Under the pieces are notes generated by a model that saw only the letters and a list, made by a program, of their open reading frames with translations, did no database searches and was not told the origin of the DNA. From positions 3,136,001 through 3,200,000 of the forward strand of contig OZ241907.1 in NCBI GenBank assembly GCA_965203515.1: a stretch of DNA of 64,000 bases, written 5' to 3'. The position numbers and the translations under genes are program-made. Source of the stretch: Spirochaetia bacterium. GTDB taxonomy: Bacteria > Spirochaetota > Spirochaetia > SZUA-6 > Bin103. The first letter of the stretch is position 1. Each line of letters begins with the position of its first letter. Of the stretch, positions 53,712-63,802 are shown piece by piece.

Positions 53712-54683
53712 ATGGCTACCAAGACCGCTGTGGGGCCGCGCCGCCCGGACACGGCTGCCGCGCCGCCGCCGGAGTTTCCCGGCTGCAAGCCGGTCCATCT
53801 GCCGGCGGAGGAGCTCGACCGCAGCGACCAGCGGTTGGAGTACTGGGACGGGGCTACCGAAACCGCCTGGATCTGCGAACCGGCCAGCCCCTACCACGAA
53901 CGGCCGTCCGGCCGCCTGACCCGGCTCACCGAACGGATCGCGCAGGTGCGCGGCGCGCCGATCGAAAGCTACGGGTCGATGGACCTGCGGCAGCGCGGCG
54001 GGCCGCGCAGCATCATGCAGGCGGACGAATCGGTGTACCTGCATCCGGGCAGCGCCCGGCTGCCGGGACCGACGGCGATGGAGATCGGCGTGGACGACTA
54101 TCCGGACGTGGTGCTGGAGGTCGACCACACTACCGACGTGCGGCGCGGCAAGCTGGCGCTGTACGAGTTGTGGGGGTTCCCGGAGGTATGGGTGGAGGTG
54201 CCGGACGAAACCGCGCCGAGCCGTCCGCGGAGCCGGCGGCCGGGGCTGACGATCCACGTGCTGGAGGCCGGCGCGTACCGGGCGGCGCCGGAGAGCCGGG
54301 CGTTTCCGGGCTGGAAGGCGGAGGAGATCCACGCGGCGTTGAACGAACCGATGCTGTCGACGCGGACCAGTGCGGTGCTGGAGCGGGTGGGGACGGTGCT
54401 CGGCGAGCGGGAGGGCACCGGGCCGGACCACGATCCGTTGCTCCGGTCGCAACGGCGCCTGGTCTTTGAGCGCGGCGCCGCGCACGGAGGCCGGGCGGCG
54501 GAACGCGCGCTGCTGTGCCGGCTGGCGGCGCGCAAGTTCGACGACGACACGGCGCGGCAACTGGCAGCGCTGCTGGAACAGGCCGATGCGGACCGCTTGG
54601 CGCAGGCCGGAATCTGGCTCCTGGAGTGCGAGACCGGAGCCGAGCTCCTCGACCGGGTATCAGGGAACACCGCGCGCACGTGA
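53712..54683 (+). CDS. Uma2 (PD-(D/E)XK) family protein with DUF4351-like C-terminal helical domain
   Basis: LEYWDG, QADESVY, PDVVLEVD, KLALY..WGFPEVWV; tail ERALLCRLAARKF...WLLECETGAELL. Confidence 0.8.
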   Translation: MATKTAVGPRRPDTAAAPPPEFPGCKPVHLPAEELDRSDQRLEYWDGATETAWICEPASPYHERPSGRLTRLTERIAQVRGAPIESYGSMDLRQRGGPRSIMQADESVYLHPGSARLPGPTAMEIGVDDYPDVVLEVDHTTDVRRGKLALYELWGFPEVWVEVPDETAPSRPRSRRPGLTIHVLEAGAYRAAPESRAFPGWKAEEIHAALNEPMLSTRTSAVLERVGTVLGEREGTGPDHDPLLRSQRRLVFERGAAHGGRAAERALLCRLAARKFDDDTARQLAALLEQADADRLAQAGIWLLECETGAELLDRVSGNTART

Positions 54684-56042
54684 CCCCGGAGCCGCGGCGA
54701 AACGGCATTCCATGGCGCGGCGCAGGGCCACCGCCTGATCGGTCTCGTCCACCGTTACGTCGTCCCAGCGCAGGATCGCTCCCGCGGCCAGCGGCCGGCG
54801 CAGGGTGACGCCGTGGGCCAGTCCCAGCGGCAGCGCGCCCAGCTCCAGCGAGCGCGCGGCCGGTAGCTGCTTGCCCCAGACGGTGTAGCCGCCCTCCCCG
54901 TCCAACTCCTCGCCGGCGGCCAGCTCCCGCTTGGCGACCGCCGCCACGTCGGCGCGGAAGCCGGTGGCGGCGCCGGTCGGCTCGCCGCGCAGGGCGATGG
55001 AAGCGATCGACACGCCGAGCTCCAGGCCGATCAGGTGCTCCGGTCGGTACAGCGCCAGATAGGAACCGGTCGGGTCGGCCTGGAAGCCGTACTCGCGGAT
55101 GCATTGCGCCACGTACTCCTGGCCCGCCTCCACCACCACGTAGGTGCCCATGCGCAGGTCGTGCGGCACGGGGCTGCGGTCGCGGCGCAGGCTGGATACC
55201 ACCTCGGTCACCCCGGTCGCGCCCGGCTCCATCTCCAGCACGCCGCCGGCGGCGCGCGGGCGCAGGTAGTGGGCCAGCTCATGCCGCGCCGCCGGCGGAA
55301 AGCTCAGGCCGTCCGGCTGCGGCACCAGTCCCGTTGCGTTGCACACCGCGGTCATCTCGATGGCCGACTTACTGCCGTCGATGAAGCTGTTGAACATCTT
55401 GGGGTCCATACGGCCGCGGGCAGCTGCGGCCGGGTCCATGCCGAAGTTTCCCCACACGGTGTCGGGGTTCGACTGATGGAACGACGGGTGGTAGCGGGTG
55501 CCCTTGCCGGCGGCCGTGACGCGGAAGCCGGCGGTGCGCGCCCAGTCGACCTGTTCGCAGATCAGGGCCGGCTGATCCCCGTAGGCCAAGCTGTATACCA
55601 CGCCCGCCGCGGCGGCCCGCTCCGCCAGCAGCGGTCCGGCCACGGCGTCTGCCTCCACCGTCACCATCACCACGTGGCGGCCGGCGTCGATCGCCGCCGC
55701 CGCGTGCCGCAACCCGGTACGCGGGTCGCCGGTCGCCTCCACCAGCACGTCGATGCCGCCGGCGCCGATCACCCGTTCCGCGTCATCCCCCAGGTGGGTG
55801 CTCCCGCGGTCCCGTGCCGCCGCCGGCGACGGCGCGGCAAGTTGCTCTGCCGGCCAACCGGCGGCGGCCAGCAACGCGCGCACCTTGGCCACGTCGCGGT
55901 CGGCGATCGCCACCACGTGCAGGCCCGGCGTGCGCCGCGCCTGCGCCAGGAACATCGACCCGAACTTGCCGGCGCCGATCACCCCCACCCGCACCGGGCG
56001 CCCCGCCGCGGCCCGCCGTTCCAGACCACGCGCCAGATTCAC
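54660..56042 (-). CDS. Homoserine-dehydrogenase-like NAD(P)-dependent oxidoreductase with C-terminal SAF domain
   Basis: IGAGKFG Rossmann fold, EATG, YGDQPALI, NSFIDGSKSAIEM, YRPEHLIGLE, LDGEGGYTV. Confidence 0.85.
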   Translation of the reverse strand: MNLARGLERRAAAGRPVRVGVIGAGKFGSMFLAQARRTPGLHVVAIADRDVAKVRALLAAAGWPAEQLAAPSPAAARDRGSTHLGDDAERVIGAGGIDVLVEATGDPRTGLRHAAAAIDAGRHVVMVTVEADAVAGPLLAERAAAAGVVYSLAYGDQPALICEQVDWARTAGFRVTAAGKGTRYHPSFHQSNPDTVWGNFGMDPAAAARGRMDPKMFNSFIDGSKSAIEMTAVCNATGLVPQPDGLSFPPAARHELAHYLRPRAAGGVLEMEPGATGVTEVVSSLRRDRSPVPHDLRMGTYVVVEAGQEYVAQCIREYGFQADPTGSYLALYRPEHLIGLELGVSIASIALRGEPTGAATGFRADVAAVAKRELAAGEELDGEGGYTVWGKQLPAARSLELGALPLGLAHGVTLRRPLAAGAILRWDDVTVDETDQAVALRRAMECRFAAAPGSRARGVP

Positions 56043-56111
56043 CCGATGCCCTCCGTCACCACCGTTACCCAATGACACCACGAGACTGAGCGAAACGCAC
56101 GGGGCCGGTCT

Positions 56112-56718
56112 CTATGTCCGTTGCGGTGCGGCTGCGAGGATGTTTCCGATCAGCCGGTAGACGGTCGTGCGCCACGGCTCCCGCGGCCAATCTCTACACG
56201 GCGGAGAATCCCTCGCCTTCGCTCGCTCGACGGCTTTGACGATCTTGTCCCTGGTGAACTTGCGACGATCGACGCTCTTGTCATAATTGAGAAGATGCCG
56301 TCGCAGCCGGCGGGAACATTCTCGTGATGACGAGATGCCGGCGCCGGCTTCGAAGTGCAGCAGCAGCCAGTACTCGAACCTGGGATTGCTGAGGGCGAAT
56401 CCGCGGTTGTCCTCCTCCTGCGACCACTGGTGAAGCTCTGCCAACTGCGCGTCGGTCCACTGGTCCTTGTCCACGACCAGCCACGCCTCGTCGGTCTTCG
56501 CGATTTGCTGCCGTTCCAGGTGTCGCTCCAAGTCCCGCAATACCTGCGCCGGCGAGCTCCCGCGGGTGCGTTTCACAGCGCACGTGAATCACCGAGTTAT
56601 CTTCGAAGATGGCGAAGTAACTCGGTTCGGTCTTGATCCCTTCAGTGGCGATGACGAATATCTTGCGGTAGCGGCGCTGGCCGATCGGTCTCCGGAAGCG
56701 GGCTCTATCCCGCGCCAT
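56112..56718 (-). pseudogene. rloB: RloB/AbiLii-like protein, frameshifted near 56575
   Basis: N-part IATEGIKTEPSYF in one frame; WLVVDKD and SNPRFEYWLLLHF in another; overlaps the end of the ATPase gene. Confidence 0.8.
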
Positions 56719-58012
56719 ATCGCACCGATTCCGTCGGCGTGATACGGGGGATACCGCCCAATCGGCCCTGCAGATAGCTCTTGCGCAGGTCTTTGTCGTA
56801 GCGGACATCCCGGTATTCGCTGAACGAAAGCAGGCCTGAATCACCGGCAGCGCCTCGTTCCGTTATCCACATTTCGTCGCGGCGCAGCCAGCGCTGATCC
56901 ATCAGCAGCACGTCATGGGTGTTGAACAGCAGTTGTGTTCTAGTTTCGGCAGTACATCCCCCCAGATAGCGTTCAAGAAGCTGTCGAGTGAGCAAGGTGT
57001 GCAGGCTGCGGTCCATCTCGTCGACGACGTAGACCCGCTCTGAAGCGCCGGAAGAAAGATCGAGAAACGCCGGCAGGAGATCGATGAGCCGCTGTGAGCC
57101 GTCCGACTCCCGAGTAAGGTCGAAAGAGATCTCCGCGTCATCGGTCCGGTGCACGGTCACGCATTTACTAGCTATGAGCTTGCCGTTCTTGCGAGTCACC
57201 CCGAAGTATTCCCCGGATGGGCCTGCCAAATGTACACTTTCCCCTTCGTCCAGTTCCTGGAGCTCGTTCTTGACCGGCTCCGGGATGTATTCTATCGGCA
57301 CTCGCACGTTGTCCATCCTGGAAATTCCGGTGTCGTAATTCGACAACATCTCGCTCATCTTCATGGCGACGGCGCTACTGGCATGAAACGATAGCAGTCC
57401 AAATCGTATGTCAGGGGGGAATATCTGCAAAGTTTCATTGAACCAATCGTGGATCGGCCTGAAGTCCCGTACGTTCTGCGATATGGAGTTGGTCAGAAAG
57501 AGCTGATTGTCGCGGGTACCGCGAAAGACGAATCTGAGAAACTGAAGCTGTTCCGCCTCCAGGGAACCGTCGAATTCGATTTTCCGGTCCTGGCGGTCGT
57601 AGAGTGTCCGCTCGCTGGTGCTGCTGACTCTGACCAGGCGTTCCTCGATCACCTTCTCCCTGATCACCGAGAAGCTGAAGGCATAGACGACCTCGTCTAT
57701 CAGGAGATCGAACTCGAAATGAGTCGGCTGCTGCGCGCGGTCCTTGTCCAGCAGAAAGGGGATGACCGGGATGCGGGCGTCCGGCCGGGAGCCCTCGACG
57801 ATCTGGGTCCTGGCGAAGGACAGGGCCTTGAAGAGATTGGTCTTGCCCGACGCGTTGCCGCCGTAGAGGGCCATGACGGGCAGCACCCTCAGCGGGTACC
57901 GGCCAATGCGCGCCACCCGATCGCCGTGCTGCCGTTCGAGACTTGCGACCATCGACAGGGTGACCCGATCCCGGAAGGACATCCAGTTCGCGACCGAGAA
58001 CCTGACGATCAT
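56705..58012 (-). CDS. rloA: RloA/AbiLi-like ABC-type (AAA_21) ATPase
   Basis: F.V.N..SF, YGGNASGKTN, ESDGSQRL, VVDEMDRSLH, QLLFNTHD, YLQGRLGGIP; lower-GC core. Confidence 0.85.
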   Translation of the reverse strand: MIVRFSVANWMSFRDRVTLSMVASLERQHGDRVARIGRYPLRVLPVMALYGGNASGKTNLFKALSFARTQIVEGSRPDARIPVIPFLLDKDRAQQPTHFEFDLLIDEVVYAFSFSVIREKVIEERLVRVSSTSERTLYDRQDRKIEFDGSLEAEQLQFLRFVFRGTRDNQLFLTNSISQNVRDFRPIHDWFNETLQIFPPDIRFGLLSFHASSAVAMKMSEMLSNYDTGISRMDNVRVPIEYIPEPVKNELQELDEGESVHLAGPSGEYFGVTRKNGKLIASKCVTVHRTDDAEISFDLTRESDGSQRLIDLLPAFLDLSSGASERVYVVDEMDRSLHTLLTRQLLERYLGGCTAETRTQLLFNTHDVLLMDQRWLRRDEMWITERGAAGDSGLLSFSEYRDVRYDKDLRKSYLQGRLGGIPRITPTESVRYGAG

Positions 58013-58128
58013 CCGGGATACCTCCAAACGTAAGCGCGATCCGATCACGCCTCGCGGTATCATTGCCCAAAGCGGGGTCCGATCGTCAAACGTCGCGCGC
58101 GAAAAAATCTCGTAGCGCGACGGCGCGG

Positions 58129-59649
58129 TCAGGAGAGTTCGACGCGCAGCCCGAAGACCTGATCCATGAGATCGGCCTTGCGCGCCAGCGCCATGCGCTC
58201 CAGCGACAGGTCGCCGTGGTACCCGCATTTCAGGCGCAGCAGGTCCGTGCTGCGCTCGGCGTCGAAGCGGTCGATCCGGCCCAGGTGGCTCACGTCCAGC
58301 GCGTCGGCGACCCGCAGGATCGCCGCTAGCTTGTTGACCACCAGCCGCTGCCGGCGCGACAGGCCGGCGTACATGGGATGCGACATCTGCGGCAGCGCCC
58401 TGCGGTGGTAGCGCACGACGTTGGCGACCACCGCCGTGTCTCCCTCGTCGATGCCGAACACCTCGGTGTTGGCGACGATGTAGGCGCCGTGGCGGTGATG
58501 GCCCGATGCCTTGATCAGCTTGCCGACCTCATGCAGCAACGCGGCCACGTGCAGCAGCAGCCGCTCGCGGGCGCCCAGGCCGTGATCGTCGGTCAACAGA
58601 TCGAACAGGCGGAGCGCCAGCTTGGTGACGTGGCGGACGTGCGGGTCCTCGGCGTGGTACTTGCGCGCCACGCTCAACGCCGACGCGATCGTCTGCAGCT
58701 CGAACTCGCGGCGCGACCGTTCGTCATCGAACGCCGCGCTCAGCAGCACCCCCTCGCGGATGCTCAGCTCGGGGACGATCACCTGCTGGGCGGCCGTCGA
58801 TTCCAGAAACAGATCGTAGACGATCAGATCGGGCAGGATGCCTTCGGCATCCTCATAGGGGATCTCCAGTCGCTGCACCAGCTCCTCGACCCGCAGCGGC
58901 TGCAGGCGGCGGATCAACGCCTGCAGCGCCGGGCGCTCGATCAGCGAGCAGTGCTCGGCGATCCGCCGCCCGCTGCGCGAGGCCGCCAGGCGGATCACGC
59001 CGCCGGCCGCCACGAAGCGGCGAATGTGCTGCAGCGGCTGCTCGTGGCTCAGCGCTTCCCGCGTGGGGGCCACGGTCTCCGACAGCACGCGGCGCAGCCG
59101 CTCCGGATCGCTCTGCACCGGCCGCAGCATCCCCTCCATGCGGGCGCTGCCGAGCTTCAGGGAGTGGACGAACGCCATCCGGCCGCGGCGCAGCAGCATG
59201 AACTCGGTGCTGCCGGTGCCGATCTGCATGATCAGGGAGTTCGACCTCGCGAATCCCGGGATCGCCGCCTTGATCGCGTGCACTGCCGACAGGTAGGTGA
59301 GCCGATTCTCCTCCACGCCGTCGATCACGCGCACGTCCAACCCGGTGCGCAGCGCCACCCGGTCGACGAAGGTGTCGCGGTTCTCCGCCTCGCGCAGGGC
59401 GCTGGTGGCGATCACGGCGGTCTCCTCCGAGCCGATCCCCCAGCCGCGCAGCAGTTCCTGAAAGGACGCCAACGCCTCCAGCGACGCGCCGATCGTCGTG
59501 CGGCTGGCCGTGCCGGAGCCGAATACGTCATGGCCGAGCGGCACCGGCCGATCGGCGCGGTCCAGGATGCGGATGGCGCCGGTGGCGGCGACCTCGGCGA
59601 CTACCATGCGAATGGCGCTGGAACCTATGTCGATCACCGCCCGCACCAT
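58129..59649 (-). CDS. ppx: Ppx/GppA exopolyphosphatase (start may lie further upstream)
   Basis: DIGSSAIRM, ATSALREAEN, IGTGSTE, IREG, HD-like ALLHEVG...HHRHGAY, LRVADALD. Confidence 0.9.
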   Translation of the reverse strand: MVRAVIDIGSSAIRMVVAEVAATGAIRILDRADRPVPLGHDVFGSGTASRTTIGASLEALASFQELLRGWGIGSEETAVIATSALREAENRDTFVDRVALRTGLDVRVIDGVEENRLTYLSAVHAIKAAIPGFARSNSLIMQIGTGSTEFMLLRRGRMAFVHSLKLGSARMEGMLRPVQSDPERLRRVLSETVAPTREALSHEQPLQHIRRFVAAGGVIRLAASRSGRRIAEHCSLIERPALQALIRRLQPLRVEELVQRLEIPYEDAEGILPDLIVYDLFLESTAAQQVIVPELSIREGVLLSAAFDDERSRREFELQTIASALSVARKYHAEDPHVRHVTKLALRLFDLLTDDHGLGARERLLLHVAALLHEVGKLIKASGHHRHGAYIVANTEVFGIDEGDTAVVANVVRYHRRALPQMSHPMYAGLSRRQRLVVNKLAAILRVADALDVSHLGRIDRFDAERSTDLLRLKCGYHGDLSLERMALARKADLMDQVFGLRVELS

Positions 59650-59762
59650 CCCCTTGCGCCCATCGGGCGCGGCGGATGCGGCGGCCGGCGAGCGAACTCC
59701 ACTATGGGCGGTCGACCCGGAGAAATCGGCATGGCTCACCGTCCCGGGCTGACATCCGCGGC

Positions 59763-61508
59763 TCATGCCGACGCCTGGGACGCGAACAGGCGCCGGTAGG
59801 CGGCGCTGTCGGCGATGAGCCGGTCGTGCGTACCGCGCGCCGTCACCCGTCCGTCCTCGATCACGAAGATGGCGGCCGCCGCCTGCACGGAAGCCAGACG
59901 ATGGGCGACCGTGATCACGGTCTTGCCGCCGCTCAGGCCCCGGAGACGGTTCTGGATTGCCTGATCGGCGCGGGGGTCGACCTGCGAGGTCGCCTCGTCG
60001 AGCAGCAGGCCCGCGCGGTCCAGAAGCAGCGCGCGAGCCACCAGCAGCCGCTGCCGCTGGCCACCGGACAGCTTCATGCCGCGCTCGCCGATCAGCGTGT
60101 CGAGCCCGTTCGGGAGCGATCGGATCTCCCGTTCGAACGATGCCGCGGCCAGCGCCTCCCACAAGTCGCCGTCGGCGGCGCCGGGCGCAGCCAGCAACAG
60201 ATTGTCGCGAATGGAGATGTTGAGCACCGCGCTATCGTCGCCGACGCGCGCGAAGGTATCGCGCAGCGCGCGCGGCGGCATGGCCGTGGTCGGTACGCCG
60301 TCGAGCCGGACGCTCCCGGCGGCGGGCCGCAGGTCGCCGGCGATGAGCCGGGTCAACGTCGTCTTGCCGCTGCCGCTCGGTCCGGTCATGCAGACGAACG
60401 CGCCGGCCGGAATCCGAAGCGTCGCCCGATCGACGACCGGCCCACGGTGTTCACCGAGGTACGTAGCGTCCGACACCGCTACGCTCACCGGCCGCGCCGG
60501 ACCCGCGCGCCCCCATTCGTGCGCGCGTATCCGGTCGAGCGGATGCCCCGCGTGGAGAGCGAGCGCCCGTTCGACCGCGGCGGCCGCCTCGTGAAAGGCT
60601 ATGTTGTTCTCCCGCAACGCCTGGACGTCCTCGACGAAGGCGGCGTAGTACCGCACGAACGCAATCAGTACCCCGGCGGTGATCGCGCCGGCGAAGATCA
60701 GCACCGCGCCGACGAAGTAGAGCACGGCGCGGGTCGCCAACTCGTCGACCGCCGTGCCCATCGCCCGGTTGCTCCAACGCATCAGGTTGAGCCGGCCGGC
60801 CGCCTGCTGGGCGGGTATGCGCACCCGCGACACCGCATCGGTCTCCCGCCGTTCCAGCTGCAGCGTCTTGATCTCCATCCAGCCGCGTAGCGAGCGGGTC
60901 AGCCAGTTGTCCCACACGCCGTCCGCGCGGCGCATGGCGACCCCTGTTGCGCGCGCCCCTTTGGCAAGGCGCCCGGAGATCAGGCTGATGGCCGCCGCGA
61001 ACGCGAACCCGATCAACGCCAGCTGCCAGCTCATGACGGTCAGGATCGCGGCCAGCGCCAGCAGCCGGATGCCGGCCAGCAGCGTCCCCAGGATGTGTTC
61101 CTGCAGCATCCCTTCGATGTGGGTTACGTCCTCTTCCACCGCGCGCTTGAGGTCGCCGGCGCCCACGGCGGCGCCGGTCATGAGCGCGGCCTCCAGGTTC
61201 CGGTGCCGAATGCGTAGCGCGATCCGGCCGGCGGCCCGGTTGCGCGCCGCAAGCTCCGCGCACTGCAAGGCGGTCTCCACGGCGAACACGGCCAGGAAGC
61301 CGAGCAGCAGCCACGTCACCAGGCCGAATCGGTGTCCGACGATCACGTCGTCGACGAACGAGCGGAGCAGGAGCGGCGGCGCCAGGGCGACCGCCAACCG
61401 GCCCGCTCGGGCGGCCAGCGACGCGGCCAGCGCCCAGCGAGCCGAGGTGAGGACCGGCGCCAAGCGCCGCAGGAGGCGCAAGCGGAGCGCGAAGTAACGC
61501 GGCGTCAC
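59763..61508 (-). CDS. ABC exporter, fused permease/ATPase
   Basis: TM domain, GPSGSGKTT, LSGGQRQRL, LLLDEATS, VAHRL. Confidence 0.88.
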   Translation of the reverse strand: MTPRYFALRLRLLRRLAPVLTSARWALAASLAARAGRLAVALAPPLLLRSFVDDVIVGHRFGLVTWLLLGFLAVFAVETALQCAELAARNRAAGRIALRIRHRNLEAALMTGAAVGAGDLKRAVEEDVTHIEGMLQEHILGTLLAGIRLLALAAILTVMSWQLALIGFAFAAAISLISGRLAKGARATGVAMRRADGVWDNWLTRSLRGWMEIKTLQLERRETDAVSRVRIPAQQAAGRLNLMRWSNRAMGTAVDELATRAVLYFVGAVLIFAGAITAGVLIAFVRYYAAFVEDVQALRENNIAFHEAAAAVERALALHAGHPLDRIRAHEWGRAGPARPVSVAVSDATYLGEHRGPVVDRATLRIPAGAFVCMTGPSGSGKTTLTRLIAGDLRPAAGSVRLDGVPTTAMPPRALRDTFARVGDDSAVLNISIRDNLLLAAPGAADGDLWEALAAASFEREIRSLPNGLDTLIGERGMKLSGGQRQRLLVARALLLDRAGLLLDEATSQVDPRADQAIQNRLRGLSGGKTVITVAHRLASVQAAAAIFVIEDGRVTARGTHDRLIADSAAYRRLFASQASA

Positions 61509-63313
61509 GGCGCGGTCCGGGCGCTTGGCGCGCCGTCGCCGGATGCGCCGCCGCCGGCCATCAGCGAGCGATACCCCGCGTGGCCGCGCAGCAGCTCCCG
61601 GTGGGTCCCGACCGCCACGATCTCGCCGGCGTCCAGGAACGCCACCCGTTCGGCGCGGCGCACCGTCGACGGGCGGTGTGAGACGATCAGAACCGTGCGC
61701 CCGCGCAGGTCATCGAAGACCGCGTCGTAGACGGCCGACTCGCGCGCGTCGTCGATGCCGGACGTAGCCTCGTCCAGAATCAGCACGTCCGGCCGGCGCA
61801 GGATGGTGCGCGCGATGGCGAGCCGTTGCCGTTCACCGCGCGAGATCGCCGCGTCCGCCATCTGGGTGTCGAGCCCGTTCCGCAGGGAGCCGAGCCAGTC
61901 GCCCAGGCCGACCCGCTCGCAGGTCGACGTCACTGGGGTGTCGCCGCCGCCGTACCAGGGCGGAATCAGGTTGGCGCGCACGGTGTCGGCGAACAGCAGC
62001 GGGTTCTGATACGCCACCCCCACGACGCGCCGCAGCTCGGCGAGCGGGAATGCGCGCACGTCCCGGCCGCCGACGAAGAGCCGCCCGCCGGTCGGCCGAT
62101 ACAGGCGGAGCAGCAGCTGAATCAGCGAGGTCTTGCCGGCCCCGCTGCGCCCCACCAGCGCCAGGCGCTCCCCGCGCGCCGCGCGCAACGAGACCCCACG
62201 CAGCACCTCCGGGCCGTCGGGCCGATAGCGGAACCGCACGTCGTGGAGGGCGATGCCGTCCGGGTCGCGGTCCGGGCCGGCGTCCGGGGCGGAGCGGCGC
62301 GCGGCAGCGGGCGCGATGGTCGGTCCGGCCGCCTCGGCGGGGCGTTGCCAGGCGGTGTGGACGCGGATGATGCCGGCTACGTCGTGTTGCAGCTGCACGT
62401 GGCCCCATCCCATCCGGGCGATGGCCAGGCGACCGATCACGAAGTATTCGACCAGCGCCAGGAAGGTGCCCAGCGTCATCGACTCGGCAGCCGCCAGCGC
62501 CGCGGTGAGCCCGTACAGGACCAGCGTCGCCGCCAAGGCGACCATCTCCACCGTCCGCTCTGCGAGCAGGTCGACCCGGAGCGCGCGAAACAGCGCGCGG
62601 AGCGCGACGTTGTGCTTCCGCAGCACCCACCGGACCGCGGTCGCGCGGGAGCCGAGCCGCCGCACCTCGGCGCGCGCGTTGACGAACTCCAGCAACAACG
62701 CCACGTAGTCGCCGTACACCGAGCGATGACGGAGTCGGCGCTCACGCGACCGCGCCCCGCCGGCCGCACCGGCGATCAACGTAGCGACGCCGGATGCGGC
62801 GAGCACCGCCGCGGCCAGGAGGTCGATAGTCGCCACCACCGCCACGGCGATGGCGAACTGCAGCGCGGAGTTGACCACCGTCCGTAGCGTATAGAGCGCC
62901 AGGTTGGAAAAGCCCGTGACGTTCGAATTGATGGTCGTGATCAGGTCGCCGGTCTTGATGTCGTCGAGCACCGATGCCTCGGTGCGGATGATCCGTTCGA
63001 AGGCGCGCTGCTTGAGTTCGTGGTGAAAGTCGACCTTGAGCGTCCCCCAGGCGGCGGAGCTGCATGCCGACAGGAGTTGAATGGCGGCGAACAGGATCAG
63101 AAAGGCGATGCCCAGATACGGGACCAGAGCGATCTGCCGGTAATGGATCACCTCATCGACCACCAGCGCGAACAGGTACGGCAGCCCCATCTCCAGGACG
63201 GCGACGGCCGATGAGGAGATCGCCATGTTGACGAACGTCGCTCGATAGCCCCGCGTCATCTGCCACGAAAAGGCGGCGAGATCGCGCACACTCATCGAGG
63301 GTCGGGCGCTCAT
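61505..63313 (-). CDS. ABC exporter, fused permease/ATPase with degenerate signature
   Basis: TM domain, GRSGAGKTS, ISRGERQRL, LILDEATS, VSHR; 4-nt overlaps with both neighbours. Confidence 0.88.
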   Translation of the reverse strand: MSARPSMSVRDLAAFSWQMTRGYRATFVNMAISSSAVAVLEMGLPYLFALVVDEVIHYRQIALVPYLGIAFLILFAAIQLLSACSSAAWGTLKVDFHHELKQRAFERIIRTEASVLDDIKTGDLITTINSNVTGFSNLALYTLRTVVNSALQFAIAVAVVATIDLLAAAVLAASGVATLIAGAAGGARSRERRLRHRSVYGDYVALLLEFVNARAEVRRLGSRATAVRWVLRKHNVALRALFRALRVDLLAERTVEMVALAATLVLYGLTAALAAAESMTLGTFLALVEYFVIGRLAIARMGWGHVQLQHDVAGIIRVHTAWQRPAEAAGPTIAPAAARRSAPDAGPDRDPDGIALHDVRFRYRPDGPEVLRGVSLRAARGERLALVGRSGAGKTSLIQLLLRLYRPTGGRLFVGGRDVRAFPLAELRRVVGVAYQNPLLFADTVRANLIPPWYGGGDTPVTSTCERVGLGDWLGSLRNGLDTQMADAAISRGERQRLAIARTILRRPDVLILDEATSGIDDARESAVYDAVFDDLRGRTVLIVSHRPSTVRRAERVAFLDAGEIVAVGTHRELLRGHAGYRSLMAGGGASGDGAPSARTAP

Positions 63314-63795
63314 CGTTCCACGATACGGCCCAGCACGCGCGCGCTGAGCCGTTGCGCAATCGTCTCCATCCCGGTCGGAAAGTCGACGGTGGCGTCCCCG
63401 GCCGCGCCCCGGTCCGCGGCGGCGATCCGAGCGACGAACGCCGCCGATTCGCCGCCGTTGCGTTGCCATTCGATGAGCTGCGCCGTACGCGGCGGCCCCT
63501 GGCCATCGACCGGCCGCCAGAGCACTTCGCCGCCCGGCCCGACCGATTCGACCGCCGCCAGCGGCGCCGTGCCGCGCAGCTCGTCCCCCCGGACGGCCGC
63601 GCCGGCCGTGGTGAACCGGGTCAACTCGACCTCGACCGCCAGCAACCACAGACCGGCGGCCGTCGCCGCGATGATCGCCAGCGAGATCAACGGCGTCCGC
63701 GTCACCAAGCGCCCGTACCAGCGTTTCCGTACCGCAAACACCCACCCCGACATCCCGTTCGAGGCCGGAGTCGCGGTTCCCGGGCGTGAGATCAC
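63310..63795 (-). CDS. Hypothetical single-TM accessory protein
   Basis: One hydrophobic segment then a small beta-rich domain; stop overlaps the ABC start (ATGA); start uncertain. Confidence 0.5.
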   Translation of the reverse strand: MISRPGTATPASNGMSGWVFAVRKRWYGRLVTRTPLISLAIIAATAAGLWLLAVEVELTRFTTAGAAVRGDELRGTAPLAAVESVGPGGEVLWRPVDGQGPPRTAQLIEWQRNGGESAAFVARIAAADRGAAGDATVDFPTGMETIAQRLSARVLGRIVER

Positions 63796-63802
63796 GTCGT
63801 CA

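Noticed and set aside
54660..56042. Flagellar FlgA or true homoserine dehydrogenase
   Set aside because: Only the SAF domain is shared with FlgA; the motifs fit the uncharacterised oxidoreductase-SAF family
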